A stretch of DNA of 64,000 nucleotides from Lingula anatina (lineage: Eukaryota > Animalia > Brachiopoda), in the NCBI GenBank assembly GCA_051362555.1, contig CM120640.1, forward strand, positions 33,375,967-33,439,966, read 5' to 3'. Below the pieces are notes generated by a model, which was given only the letters and a program-made list of their open reading frames with translations, had not been told where the DNA came from and did no database searches. The position numbers were made by a program, and so were the translations under genes. Below, in pieces: positions 13,709 through 34,084 of the stretch. Numbering within the stretch: position 1 is the stretch's first letter; the number at the start of each line of letters is the position of its first letter.

Positions 13709-13869
13709 TGCTTTATTTATTTATTCATTTATTTGTTTATTTATTATTTTTGATAAGAACTACTGGGGGTATAGAACGTCTTTAATGTGCTCCTTGAGCC
13801 TTGCGACTCCACTGCCGCCTGTTATGGGGAAAGCAAAGCTTCGTGGAGCCTACCTGTTGTAGGCGTTGG

Positions 13870-14105
13870 CGCTGTACACTTTCAGTGTTATACAAATAAA
13901 ATGAAAACCGTTTTACCTTTTTGTCTTCAAACTTACAGAACTGATGAATATTGTTAAAATACAGGTCAAGTTCGAAAATCAGCTCAGGTTATTCTGTTTT
14001 TTTTCTTTTTTTCAGCATATTTTATCCATCGTTATACAATTAAATGAAAACTGCTTTACCTTTTGTCTTCAAACTTACAGAACTGATGAATATTCGTTAA
14101 ATACT
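13870..14105 (+). repeat. Fragment of the HINE-like 162-bp repeat family
   Basis: caaacttacagaactgatgaatatt...caggtcaagttcgaaaatcagc matches 1660-1730 and 15690-15740. Confidence 0.8.
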
Positions 14106-14563
14106 CTGGGACAAAATCAAAGATATGTTTCATTTCAGGCGAATGGGGCAGATGGTTGAAGATGGTCAGACAAATAAGAAGAGGTCTGCAGAAGAGTCAG
14201 ATTATAAAGTGGTATGAAGTCAGTTTTTCAATTATTTTTACAGCTGTATTATTCTTTCGTGGGTATTCCGAACCATACCGAACAGAGGAGTTTACATCCC
14301 TCCCCGCTGTTTGCCATGCGTCTCACTATGAACAAACGCGCCAGTGCGTACTTGGTTTAATTTCAAAACACGCATTACAAAATGTATACATACTCAATCA
14401 CCAAAGTGGTTTCAAAAATTATTGGTGCCCATAAAGAACAAAACAAAGAATTTTATATATCAGTTTTTTTAAATTGTTCCTTAATTATTATTACTATTAA
14501 AAGCTTAGTCTACTGTGTGTAAAAGAGGCAAAATGCCAGAATTATCAATCTACTCAACATCAT

Positions 14564-15130
14564 TCAGAATTGGGAGTTCAACCCCCGGGTGTTGTAATTA
14601 TCTTTAATTTCAAATTTAATTATTGATATTGCTTTAGGCTCAATTTCTTCTATTTCTGTCCTATTAGCTTTTCGTATTTTCCACCACATCAAAATTTTAT
14701 AAATAACTGTTATCACAGATGGGTCAAGTATCACTGTGACGCCTGCCAGGACTGGAATTGAAATGAGAGAAACGTCCCCGTCATTCCAAAAAGTAAAAAT
14801 ATTGGACAACGTTCCAACCGGACAGCAGCCAAGGATTAACAACCCTAACGCACGGTCCGCAGAGAGTTGTAGGGCGTGTGCCAGGCTGAAGGACAGGAGA
14901 GGCATCACGATGAACTGACAGGCAGCGCCAATAACTGGGCCGATCGGACGCTTGATGTGCACCTTCAGTACCTTCCACTCAATATCGCACCCCATCCCTA
15001 ACATAATGAACACCAGAATAATCGGCAAAAGCCACTGGATGGCTTGTTTTAAATTATCCTTGACTGGATCATGCACGACCGCTGTAAAATTGCCATACGT
15101 TCCATTTTCATCATTTTTATCTAGATCCAT
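14564..15130 (-). pseudogene. SLC10 copy 3: intronless 188-aa ORF from an internal in-frame deletion (pseudogene or truncated protein)
   Basis: Exon-1 sequence (...DGDVSL) joins directly to mid exon 3 (ISIPVLAG...) at 14764/14763, removing about 159 aa. GCCPGG is changed to GCCPVG. Confidence 0.8.
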
Positions 15131-15309
15131 GGTGTCTTCAACAAGTTGTTTCTCTGCAGGATAAACAAACTAATGAAAATTCAAGATGTGATCAAATTTC
15201 AGGTAAAAACCCAAACAAGTCGTGCTGCGATGTCATAATGCTCTACAATGGGTATCAATGCGTTCCATCCATTCCACGGGCGTATTCATCTAAAGTAGGG
15301 TATGCTTTC

Positions 15310-15940
15310 TTTTTATGTACAGACAGTTCTTTTTACTACCTGTATGGCGTACTGACGCAGACCCTGTGTCTGTACATATAGCCGTCCCTTGTGTCTGTCG
15401 TCGTCGTCGCTGCGCACTTTCAGTTTTATACAAATTAAATGAAAACTATTTCACCTTTTGTCTTCAAACTTTTTCAAATGCGTTTTTTCTTTCTTCGGCA
15501 CATTTTATCCACCGTAATACAAAAAAAAAAAAAAAAATGAAAACCGTTTTACCGTTAGTCTTCAAACTTCATAAAATACAGGTCAAGTTAAAAAATTAGC
15601 CTGATCAGACTATTTTTTCAAAAGCCATGCTGTTTTTTAGCATATTTTATCCACCGTTATACAAACAAAATAAAAACCCTTTTGCTTTTTGTTTTCAAAC
15701 TTACAGAACTGATGAATATTCATAAAATACAGGCCAAGCTCAATAAGTAGTCTGATCAGACCATTTTTCCAAATGCTTTTTTTTCTTTTTCAGCACATTT
15801 TATCCACCGATAAACACATAAAATGAAAACCACGTCATGTTTTGCTTTAAAACATTCATGACTGATTCAAAGGTCTGATATATAGATCAAGTTCTAAAAT
15901 TAGCTTGATTGGTTTATTTTTGTTAAAGTTATGCTATTCA

Positions 15941-15972
<32 letters not shown>

Positions 15973-16393
15973 TTATTTTTTGCAGGTAAATGGTTTTTCC
16001 CCAGATAAAATTCTTAGGCATGTTAACAGTCTCAGTATTGAACTCATTATATTTGTAAAAATGCTCTTTGACATTTTCTGCATGGTATCAGTTTTGTATA
16101 TTGCTAATGTAACAAAGCAGCAAACCTGTCAAATGTACAGACAACAAACAAGAAAAATAATCCAATCAATCTTGTGTTATTTTCATTTTCAACACTTCTT
16201 TAATAATACACAATAACCAATATACTTTCTATTTAAATGATCAACTAAAAAAATTGTTAAGATGTGAAAATATCAATAAGACAACTTTAAATTTTCAATT
16301 TGCCCCATTCTGAGATTCTGAACATAGTGAGGGATTGAATCTGACAAACTGTACCAATTTGAGTTAATTTCAAATTTTGACAATTTATTACAT
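15310..16393. mobile_element. Second HINE-like copy with inverted 3' portion
   Basis: The 5' end ttttatgtacagac...gtgtctgtacatatagcc...(gtc)n matches 1526 onward. The 3' end occurs reversed at ~16111-16160, and 16308-16393 is the reverse complement of ~2400-2483. Confidence 0.7.
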
Positions 16394-16588
16394 AACAGGA
16401 CAGATAAGGAAAGGTCTGCAGAATAGTTAGATAATATAGTGGTGTTATGTCAGCTTTTTAATTATTTTTACAGCTATATTATTCTTTTGTGGTATTCCAA
16501 ACCAGACAGAACAGAAGAGTTTATACACCCCCCCCCCCCCCCCCCCCAGCTGTTTGCCATGCATCTCACAATGGACAATCATGTCTAA

Positions 16589-16814
16589 CACCCCATTTCC
16601 ATAGATTTTTAGATCGATCTATCCCTGTGGGGAGTCTCACTAGATTACTGTCAGCTTGGCTGGCTTAATTGTCTGTCCCGCCTACTAAAAGCTGTAAGGG
16701 GGTAATTATCTATGGTGCCCGCTCGGCTGACTGAAATTTAGCGTGAACCCCCAGGGAGTTAGGTCGATCTAAATCTTAATCTCTAGATCGATCTAAATCT
16801 CTGGGAAAGCACCC
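16589..16814. mobile_element. MITE, possibly PIF/Harbinger-type
   Basis: Arms tttccatagatttttagatcgatcta and tagatcgatctaaatctctgggaaa, flanked by taa/tta. Absent from the paralogous block at ~14340. Confidence 0.65.
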
Positions 16815-17788
16815 TTAGCATACTTTCAAAACACGCATTACGTAACACTTTAACAAAATGTTTACTCAATCACTAAGAGGTTTCTAAAATTATTGGTGCC
16901 CATAAAGAACAAAACAGCCACAGTTACTTTTTTTAATTGTTTTTTATGTTAATTATTGTGAGTGAAAATTAATGACATTGTCTTACAGCAGATTGGCCCG
17001 TGTAAATCTTCTATGAAAACCACTAAAGTCTTCTCTGAGTAATAAGACAAATTTATTACACTATTTATTCAGTTTTAAGAAAGCTGCTGTTTTACAATTA
17101 TTTTCATATCATTCATCGGTGCCAGGAAGACATGATTTCCGCTATCCAAAATATGATTGTTAAAATGCCAACTTTCCTTGCCAAAAAACATCAGCTCTTT
17201 GATTACAATCTTTCATAATCAAAGGGTGGAACTCCCAAGTTTTAGTGTGCAATGTAAGGTTCACCAAATAGGGCGTCAGCAAGCTGAGCACCTGTACTAT
17301 AGTTCATGGACACATTTGGGATGAGGTAAGATATGTAGTTGCTCCATGCACATATTTTTTAAAGCTTACTGTGTGTAAAAGAGGCACAAAGCTAAATGCC
17401 TGAATTATCAATCCACTCAACATCATTCAGACTTGGGAAGGCAACCCTTAATAATCTTGCAAATGTTTCTGTAGGGGCCTCCATCTCAAATTAGATAAAT
17501 TTTATTCTACAAATAATAGCAACTTACGTACATAATTACCACCCCAATGGTATTTTAGCCTATTTAACCATTACCTTAAATACACCTATAATGTTCAATT
17601 TACAAACTTACTCCAACCATTAGTAAAATTCATTATGTAAGAATGTTACAATTACACTTTGAACACTTGAGTAACGAAAAACAGCACCATCACTACTTTC
17701 TTTCAATTTTTTAAAACTCTTTTAACTTAAAGATTCTTTCTGGTCTTGCGTACAGATCAGCACATTTTTACTCTGGCTTCCTCAAAAG

Positions 17789-20700
17789 TTATCCTCTTTC
17801 ACATATTAACTCTATCACCTGAAATTAAAAAGAGATTCATTAATAAAGCATTAATATATGTACATATAGTTTCAGTTCTTTCACTAGTCCTCTTTCCTTC
17901 CACAAATTTGACAAGTGCAATCTATCACAAAACAAGCAAATTGAACCTAGATATGTATATGTAATCTTACTATTACTTTTATTTCCAAAAATAATTTACT
18001 CAGTTTGTTTCTATAACAATGAAGAATTGTCTTACGCTAGGTTCCATGAGCACTGCATCCAAACACCTGTGTGCTGTACTACCAACTATTTCATCTAATA
18101 AGAAATGCACCAAGCTGGAAAATATAAGGTTATGTAAAACATACTTTTAATTTGGCTTAAAAAACTTTTTTGGAGGGGGGGGGGGCGGGGAGCTGAAAGT
18201 TTGAATCTGTACACTTTACGTACTGTACAAGAGGCACTTCGTGAATAAATATATCTAAGGAAAATATTGTGACAACATAGTGTAACAAAGTCATCAAACT
18301 TTCTTTTTCCTGGATCAACTTCCACATCTTAACCATGCTGCTCAGGCATGTTAATATTTGTGGTTCATTAATAGCAGGCTGGCAGTGCAAATATTTACAG
18401 AGGACACCTTTACCAAACCATGAAATTTCAAGGCACTTAATGAATGTGGGATGTGAAGTGTAGCAATGTGCTATTTCACTTCATTTAGAAATAAAGACGA
18501 CTAGCAATCAGTGAGCTCATTTATTTGAAGTATGTCAAGAACTGTTGATATACAGTTGCCAACTTTCAGCAAGCCAATATAATGTATTAGTAATAGATGG
18601 AATTTTATGGAATCAATATGGATATATTAAAACACATAAAAATTTAAGTATTTTTCCTACAATAAATACACATATAAAAAGAGACACTTATCCAAAAAAA
18701 AAAAATACTCAGGTTGTTAAAAAAATGAAAAAGAGAGAGACTTACTTTTCATCAGAGACAAACCTCCAGAGATAGAGCTGCAAGTAATGCGTGTCCACCT
18801 GAATCTGCTGTAAGCCATATCTGCCAAATGTCCTCAGACGCACACACTCCAGGAATGTCTACAACATTTATTGTAAGAGAAAATATTTGGATGAAAACCT
18901 CTATTTTTGTCTAATATTGAGATTATATTTTTTCAGCTGAATGTTATTTCAACTAAAATGAACACAATATGGTTCGAATAGAATAGAAATTTCTTTATCC
19001 AAAAAATTCGGTTAATTAGCAAATTCAATGTCACACACTGGTGCAAGGCTAGAAAAGTGAGTACTGGAAAAAAATTTTAAATCAAGTACTCTCAAGTTAT
19101 TTTCTAAAACACAAATGATACTTATAAAAATCATGATACAATATCCATATTTCATAATTACAGCATATTTTGAAATAAAAATGCTATTCCTTACACAAGC
19201 CAATGCAATAAAACCAGTAAACTGCTTGCTATATTATACTCCTTTTAAGAGATATAACTTACTTTCAGACTTATTTTGATAATCCCAGTAAGCACAGACA
19301 CTCTTGAGAACTCTACAGCACTGAAGATTTCTATCCTCTCAGAGAATAACTTCTGTATGTTGCTCATCAGGCTATTGTCAATGCTGTAATTAATGATAAC
19401 ATCATTATTATTCTTAACAATAATGGCATTTTTATCAAACTGCAAGTGTTAAACATCACACATTTTTATTAAAATACAGATTTACAGTCCACCAAAAAGG
19501 TACTGAAAATGACAATCAAGGAGACACTGGAAACAATTTCTTTTCCCTACCTAGGAGCATAATTCCATTGTGATCTGTTCTGCTGCCTGCTGACACTGTA
19601 GTTAAAAGTCCTCCTGCTGGAATCGCTACTCCTCTCTTTACGTACCCCCTCCTCATACAGCTGACCTACTTGAGTATCTATGGCAGTGATATCTTCCACT
19701 ACACGCTTCATCACAGCACGCACATTGCGAGGTTCTATTGTATTTAGCCAGTCTCGAGTTTCCACACTTTTCCGAAGCATCTTGGTGAGAAAAAGAGCAA
19801 TGAAATATTCAGAAATCAATTTGATCTCTAAAAAAGTAGAATAAATAATGAAGCAGACTAGGAAAGTTCTGATGCTTTTCTTCATATCTAAAGCTTATCT
19901 AGTCTCTAACTAAAATTAATCCCGCCATGCTGGTAGGCTTTGGTAAAAGTACTGCACTCTACTTAACAAAAATAGACAGGATAAACAAATTAACAGCCTA
20001 CTTATAAAATGATGAAAATAATGAATTGAATAATACAAAATTTCATTTACTTCAGACATGCGGCTGTGCTTAAAAATTCTTCTGAACAATTATCAAGAGA
20101 CCAAACACTTCACCTGCAGGGGGTCACCTTAAGCATCATCAGAAACGGAATTTAAAATTTTGAAATTCTGTGGAAAAAAGCTCATGCCTATGTCATACCT
20201 GTGATATAATTAATCCTTGCACACGGACATAGTGGTTCAGTAATAGCTGGGCAGCATCTTTAAACATATTGCAAAGTTCTGTCCCTGTGGTAAGATTTCC
20301 CCCGCTCACATCCACCATAAACTGTTCATCTGCCAGAGATAACTGGAATTTAAAATTTAAAAAATTGATGCCGATATTCTATTACATTGAAACCTGCAAT
20401 GTTATGGATTGGTGCCGATTCTCTTGGTCTAGATTAATTTCAAATTGATGACAAAAGAACTACTCCCTTTTCATGTAAAAACAGAAAATGTAATGATTAT
20501 AAAAAACAAGAAGCATTTTTACTGAGTAAATAAAGTCTTGCACCATGTCATATTATGACTCTACTCTCTGTTGAAATAGTGTCACTTTTATCTTACCAGA
20601 TACATGATAGTTGATCGTTCAAAGTCTAAGCACATTCTGGATAATATAAGAAGAAGAGCTGGGGGAGCTGAACCTTTATCTCCTGTGCCATCACAAAATT

Positions 20701-23700
20701 CCTGCAGTTAAAAATTCACAAATACATAGCTTTCAAATAGTTTTTAAAGGCAAGCACTATTCAAATACAAAACTGAATATGTGATTAATATCAATAACAA
20801 AATGTTTGTTTCACTCACATCTAGTTTATTCAAAATCAATCAAATTTAAAATAGTTGGCTCTGTCAATAGTCATATTAATATCAAAAGAGACAGCACTTA
20901 CTGCACAAGTTACTGTGATGCTCTTAAAGAAAGCAACTACAAGTCCCTCTCGCACACCTTGTCCACAAAATGGATCACGGAAATATGGTTTTATGGCAAA
21001 TGTAATGTCTGATGCAATAAAAGCCTACAAATGAAATATGTGAACCAAATTGTAATAGATCATACATGATATATATATGAAAAATTTCCTATTCCAGCTC
21101 AATAAAATATCCTATAAAACAAAACTTTGAGAAAACTTTACTTTTAGAAGTGTAGTGGACAATAAATTCATCAAGAAAATGACTGCATTTATCGATAAAA
21201 TAGCAACTGCCTTCACATTTGTTTCACATTCTTTACATGCTTTCGAGTTACAGGGCCCTGGTTTGCCTTCCATGTCCGAACAAACCACAAATGTGAAGGA
21301 CTGATTTAGCTTTATTTGGCAGTCTGTACAAAGTGGGAGAGGGTATACCTGTAAGTTAGTCATTACTGACTTTATCTGTTCAACAAGAGATGTATGCATA
21401 TTGTTCAGCAAGTCTGACAGGCTACTTTCTTCCTGGCGGTTGGCTTTGGGAGCAGCAAGATTTTGCCGTACATCAGTCAAGCAGTCTGTAACAAATGTAA
21501 GCAGAGGTGTTAGCTTGTAGATAGATTATATATTTTTTGTAATTCTATGTAGTGTTGCAAATTTATATATAATATTCTGATTTACACATCTCTTAATTTG
21601 ATGTTGTGTTCTTACAATTTATATTTGTATTTCATATTATTCATTCATTCATTTATGCATTGATCTATGTATAAACTTTTCACCATAAAATGTAAAACTG
21701 CTATCTTATAAATTAATAAATATTCTAAAAAATATTATTATAATAATTTTAAAAAGATTTAAGCTTCCAGTACCATTTTTACTCAAATTGTTTTTAAACA
21801 AACCCAGTGGAGAAGTTTTGACTGCAACAAAGTCGGGAAACCTTATTTAATCTCTTGTTTCACATATAAAACCACATGGTGATTAAATAACTGGTGTCTG
21901 TTCCATTACATTGTCTTAAACTGTTAGTTATGATAGTGTTGATTATGCTGTTGGATGTCTAAGTTTGAAATATTTTTCACACATTTAGTTGATTGACATA
22001 CAGGATATCATATAAAAACAAGAATCTCTAGCTGTTTCTTCATTCCAGCATATACTTTGAAGATATCCATTCTTTTGAAAATTTTGACCAAATATTCTAA
22101 TACATATAAAAGTAAAATTTCATATTTTTAAAAACCAAATAAAAAATTGATAAATAAAATATAAAGCAAATTTATACATAAATACTGAAAATTCCAGACT
22201 ATAAAAACAGGCCTATACATCTTATTTAAGAAACACTAATCTTCAAGTTATGCATATGAAAAATACCTGTGAAATGTTGTTTAAGTGACTGCAAGTAATA
22301 ATCTATCCTGTCTCTAGCTGCCTTAGACACAATATCTGTGCCAGCACGGGAGAAATCTGTGTCTGGAAGCAGCTGGTTCATGGCCTGCAGACGCCTGTGG
22401 AAGCGGTCCAGTGCCCTGACTAGAATGGTATTGTCCCCCGTGTCCTTCTACAACAAATACACAATACACAAGATATGTAATATGCATCTGCTTGGTCCTG
22501 AACACTTTTATAAAACAAAAAATTCCATTTTTGGTAATTCTGAAACTGCACACAATAAATGAAAATTAATAATAACAGAAAATACATGGGATTCAATATT
22601 TAAGACAACTGCTTATGATCAGCAACCATAATTTTTTTTCAGCAGAATATGAAAATAATACATAAATTAATTCATCAATCAAAAGGAAAAGAAATATCCT
22701 GACATAAAACAAGACGCTTCTGCACTTATAACAATAATAATGCCAAGAACACACTGCAATAACCTGATATATATAAACTGAGCTATACCTCCAACTGCAC
22801 CCTTCTCCTAACATAGTCAAAGTACTGCTCCATGAGAGAGTGGACAAACTGGACCAGCTTTTTAAGAGCTATTGCATCTAGATTCTCACTGGAAATAAAT
22901 TGAAAATACACACTTTTAACTTTTAAGTGAAAACATTATAACTTACACTATATATAAATCTATTTTTATCTAATAGCAAAACACTTCATCTGGTTTCACA
23001 TCACAACTCCATTAATGTAAAAAGGTTTTATTTATGAGTGCACTCAAAACAGTGGACTATCAGATCTGCGGGTCAAATGTGGCGACCCACTTAAAAGCTT
23101 GCCGCCTTATTCCAGATTAGACACTGAACAGATTCCCACGGGGATTACGCAACAAGCATTCAAGTGGGTCAGCCATATCTGATCCGTGGATCTGTTAGTC
23201 TGGTGTTCTGAACGTGCTCTAAACTTGTTCTTATAAATGACAGGCTTCTAGAAGACTTACTCCTCCTGTTCTCTGTTGAGGAACATATCATTGTAAGATG
23301 CGATGACCAAACATATATTGCTCAGGAAACTATTGCAACCCGAGTCTATAAATTCCAAAATGTCCTAAAAAGAAAGAAAAGAAACTTTCAACTGTTATTC
23401 TTTTAAAATCAACCACTGTATCAATCAAACAGTGAGTAACTATACATATCCATATTGATTTTCATTGCTACTTTAAGAATTCTATGAAACTATGAGAACC
23501 ATGTAACTGACAAACTTGTATTCAGGTAAACTGACTTATAAAGGAATTGAAAAACGAAAAACATATTTTGTAGTCTAGAAATTATTATATGCCTGTAAGT
23601 AAATGTAATATGTCTAAGATGATCTCTATAATATACACACCATAGGTGCATTAAGATAAATGTCAGCTGGCCTCTCAGCTTCTGGCTGTGCTTCTCCAGA

Positions 23701-26529
23701 TAGTATTTGCAGTTGTTTATGTAGAGCATCAAGGTCTTCGTCAATCTTCTGTCTTGCACTAAATATCAATCATGTTTATTTACTTGACAGTACAGAATAA
23801 ATAATAAAGAACACACACAGCTTAAATATTACATATGTTGACTTCTACATCTGTGTAGTTAAAACTTTAAAATAAACATAAATTCACATGTTATTCTTGG
23901 ATTAAATTTCTTTGATCTCTTGATCCAGAGGATGACGTTATAAAAATTGTTTTGGGGTAAAAAGTGTTTTAGTAAAATAATGGTATTCACCACCCTCATC
24001 ACATTTGATCTTCTTTTAATCACCAGAACAAAAATTTAATCCAACTTTCCAATGATCTCCAAAATACCATGGAAAATAAATAAAAAATTATCTCAGTAAT
24101 ATCTATAGAGGTTACATTTGAAAGAACTCACTGTGATAAGAATTCCTCATAAAGCCCCTCAGCAGGTTCATTCAGTTGAAGAAGCAAGTCAACACACTCT
24201 GCAAGCTGCTGAGGACTGGACTGCAATTCAATAACAAATTTTAACAATATTATTTGCTGTCCTATATCTTACTGCTGTCCTATCTTTTTACAAAATACTA
24301 TATGTATAGTGTTAAAAAACAAATTTAGTCATCAACAATAAAATTTCTGACATGGCTTTATGGTAACAAAAAAAGCTGACCCCTGTTCTAAAAATTTTTT
24401 TTATCTTGTCAATTTTATCTTCCTCTCTCACTGATTTTTCTACTTATTATTATGAAGTAAGTTCCTTACATCTCTGTCCCTGAACCTTTGCTTCAGTTTT
24501 GCCACCAGCTCACAAACAATGGCCTCACAGTCAGCTTGGATCCCTTGGAAAGAGGGCATATCTTGATACTGATGCAGAACTTGTTTTGCCTTGCTCCAAT
24601 ATCTGCAGTGGTAAAGTAATGTGTGAGAGATATTAATTTCACAAACACTGATATCTATTTTACAAGTGAATTATACAATTTAGTAGTACAATACTAGTCT
24701 TTGTATTTCCTTTGGATTCCTCTGCTCAATTACATCAACATGCTCAAAATTATTAGGTCAGAAGAGTTTCTAAAGGTGCTTTGTTGCAATGTTTATAATG
24801 CATCTTCATGGGTTGTAAAATAAAATCTCTAAGTTCAGCTGTTCATTACTTGCCTCACTGCCTGATCATATGCTTCCATTTCAATGCATTTCTTCAATCT
24901 TGCTGGCAGTTCAAATAGGAATTGAAGCTATCATATTGAATAAAATGAAAAGTATTTAAAGTAAAGGGTAAATCTCAATTCCTGTAAAATAATTTTAAAA
25001 ACATTCATGCAAAGTTTGCTCAAAATGCTTAAATTAAATTGTTTATATTAAAAAAATGTACAAAATTACATATAAAATATAAAGCCTTGGCCATGATATA
25101 TCACAATAAAGTTATCAAGGCACTGTCTACTCTATCAAATGACTAACATCACAAAATAAGAAGTAATCTGTATGTAAAACACTGTGTAACAATGTTATAC
25201 TTTAAAGTACCTTCTTCAGTAGGGAATGTACTCCAGCCAGTTTTGTAATCTGCTGTCTCCTGTCCTGTAGAGTGCTGCTGATTCTGCCACTGAACTCAGT
25301 GATAGAAGACATGTTGGTGGCCAGGTGATCCATCTCATCTTCCATTTTCTTAAAATCATTTTTCATCTACAATGACAAAATGTAGGGTATACATGTATTT
25401 GATGTGTGCTTAGGTTCACCAAACCATACCATACCATACCATAAAAATGGTTTACTTCCAGTGACTATTAAATCTTTATTTGGGATTGTTTGACTGCTTC
25501 ACTGCATGCTCATGTGAGCTTTGAAATCAATTTTTTCATATTCTGGGACAAGATATCTGGTCTAATAAAATATTATTATTATACTGTACTGTACTTACCT
25601 TTCGAATAGTATCAGTGGCACTGATAAACTTATTATAATTCTCATACACAAGGGTCTGCATGTCACTATCCAAAGCCTTGATATCTCTGATCATTTCATC
25701 TTCTTTTCCCATCAAGTCTTTCAAAGCTTTTTCTTTCAGTAGTTTAGACAGGTACACATCAGGTTTAAAATGTGCGCCATCAATGTTACAAGGGTCCACA
25801 GACGTAGCCCCTGAATTCTCTTCATCCAATCCATAGTACATTTTAAGCATGCCACGTCTTGGCCGACGGTGGCCTTCATCTCCTGCTTCTTCTGTGGAAA
25901 TAAGAAAAACACAGTGAAAAGTATTCAACAACATTTAACACATTTACTAAACCATTTAAATATTTAGTTAGGAAATATGAAAGCGTGAATGCTTTTTTTA
26001 CATTCAACAAGGAGGCAAATGTAGAGATGGGAGTGATTGTGAGGGAGCAGTGGCATACTGGTACTGTGGTAACCTGATGTCGTGTCAAAAATAAGGAAAT
26101 ACTCAGTAACTATATTGGAACTGAAGCTCACATTTTGTAGGCAACAGATCTAACAAGCGAAAGGTAAATTTATTAAACAATGTTAACAGTATAGCGTCAA
26201 CGTATCGACTCCGTGACAGTCTCAGGGATACATAATCATTAAGTCAGCTCTTTAGACTGGTGTACTAGTAGTAGTAGTACTAGGGGTAGTAGAAAAGCAG
26301 CGCCCAAGTCATAGTTGTTAAGAAACTATAGAGTCGAGCTCTATCTACTGTATGCTACACTGACGTTGACGCCAGTGATGCTTCATCAAGCAATTGTTCC
26401 CGCAAGCAGATTTGAAGAATATAATTGAAATAACAGACGCATCTCAACTGCATTGTTACTACTGTATGTACAAGATACTTAAAATTGAAACAACTGGCAA
26501 CAACCCCTACCTCCTTCACCGGAAGCCAT
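17789..26529 (-). CDS. VPS51: Vacuolar protein sorting 51 (GARP/EARP subunit), ~19 coding exons
   Basis: 19-nt first exon MASGEG (26529-26511). Conserved peptides [72 protein letters not shown] and [22 protein letters not shown]. Last exon VIELICERG* at 17818-17789. Confidence 0.96.
23036..23219. mobile_element. Degenerate palindromic MITE in a VPS51 intron
   Basis: gagtgcactcaaaaca...cagatc...gacccactt pairs with aagtgggtc...gatctg...tgttctgaacgtgctc. Confidence 0.65.
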
Positions 26530-26892
26530 CGCCGTAAATAAATAGAATAGATAGATGGCGTCTTCTTCATCAGGACAAACCTGGTAAGATTTTGGGAAAA
26601 ATATTTTCATATTTAACAGGAGAAGTAATGAGATACCTTAACATATATTAATTTTTTGTGCAATTGTTCGCTAAAAGTTTGAAAACCACGTAGAGAATAA
26701 ACAGAATCGTTCTACTAGTGTGCACAGTGGCGCCTCTTGCGCTAATGATAAAGCCGCGGGAAATTTGCATGCTTGGATTGGCTCTGGGATAAAAACAGTT
26801 TTGGTGTTGCTGTGATCAGTTTTACGCAAGATTGTGACACTGGTTACAATCAAAACAAGGTAGACGACAAAGATAAGTGCAGACGCATCAAA
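26530..26892. promoter_or_regulatory. Bidirectional promoter region VPS51/REC8
   Basis: Divergent ATGs 364 bp apart. YY1-like gatggcg (~26554), CHR-like tttgaa (~26678), E2F-like gcgggaaa (~26756) and inverted CCAAT gattggc (~26776). Confidence 0.7.

Positions 26893-34084
<7,192 letters not shown>

Noticed and set aside
14564-15130. SLC10 copy 3 as a processed retrocopy
   Set aside because: It retains homologous upstream DNA, sits in tandem with its paralogs, lacks a polyA tail, and its junction does not match exact splice sites.
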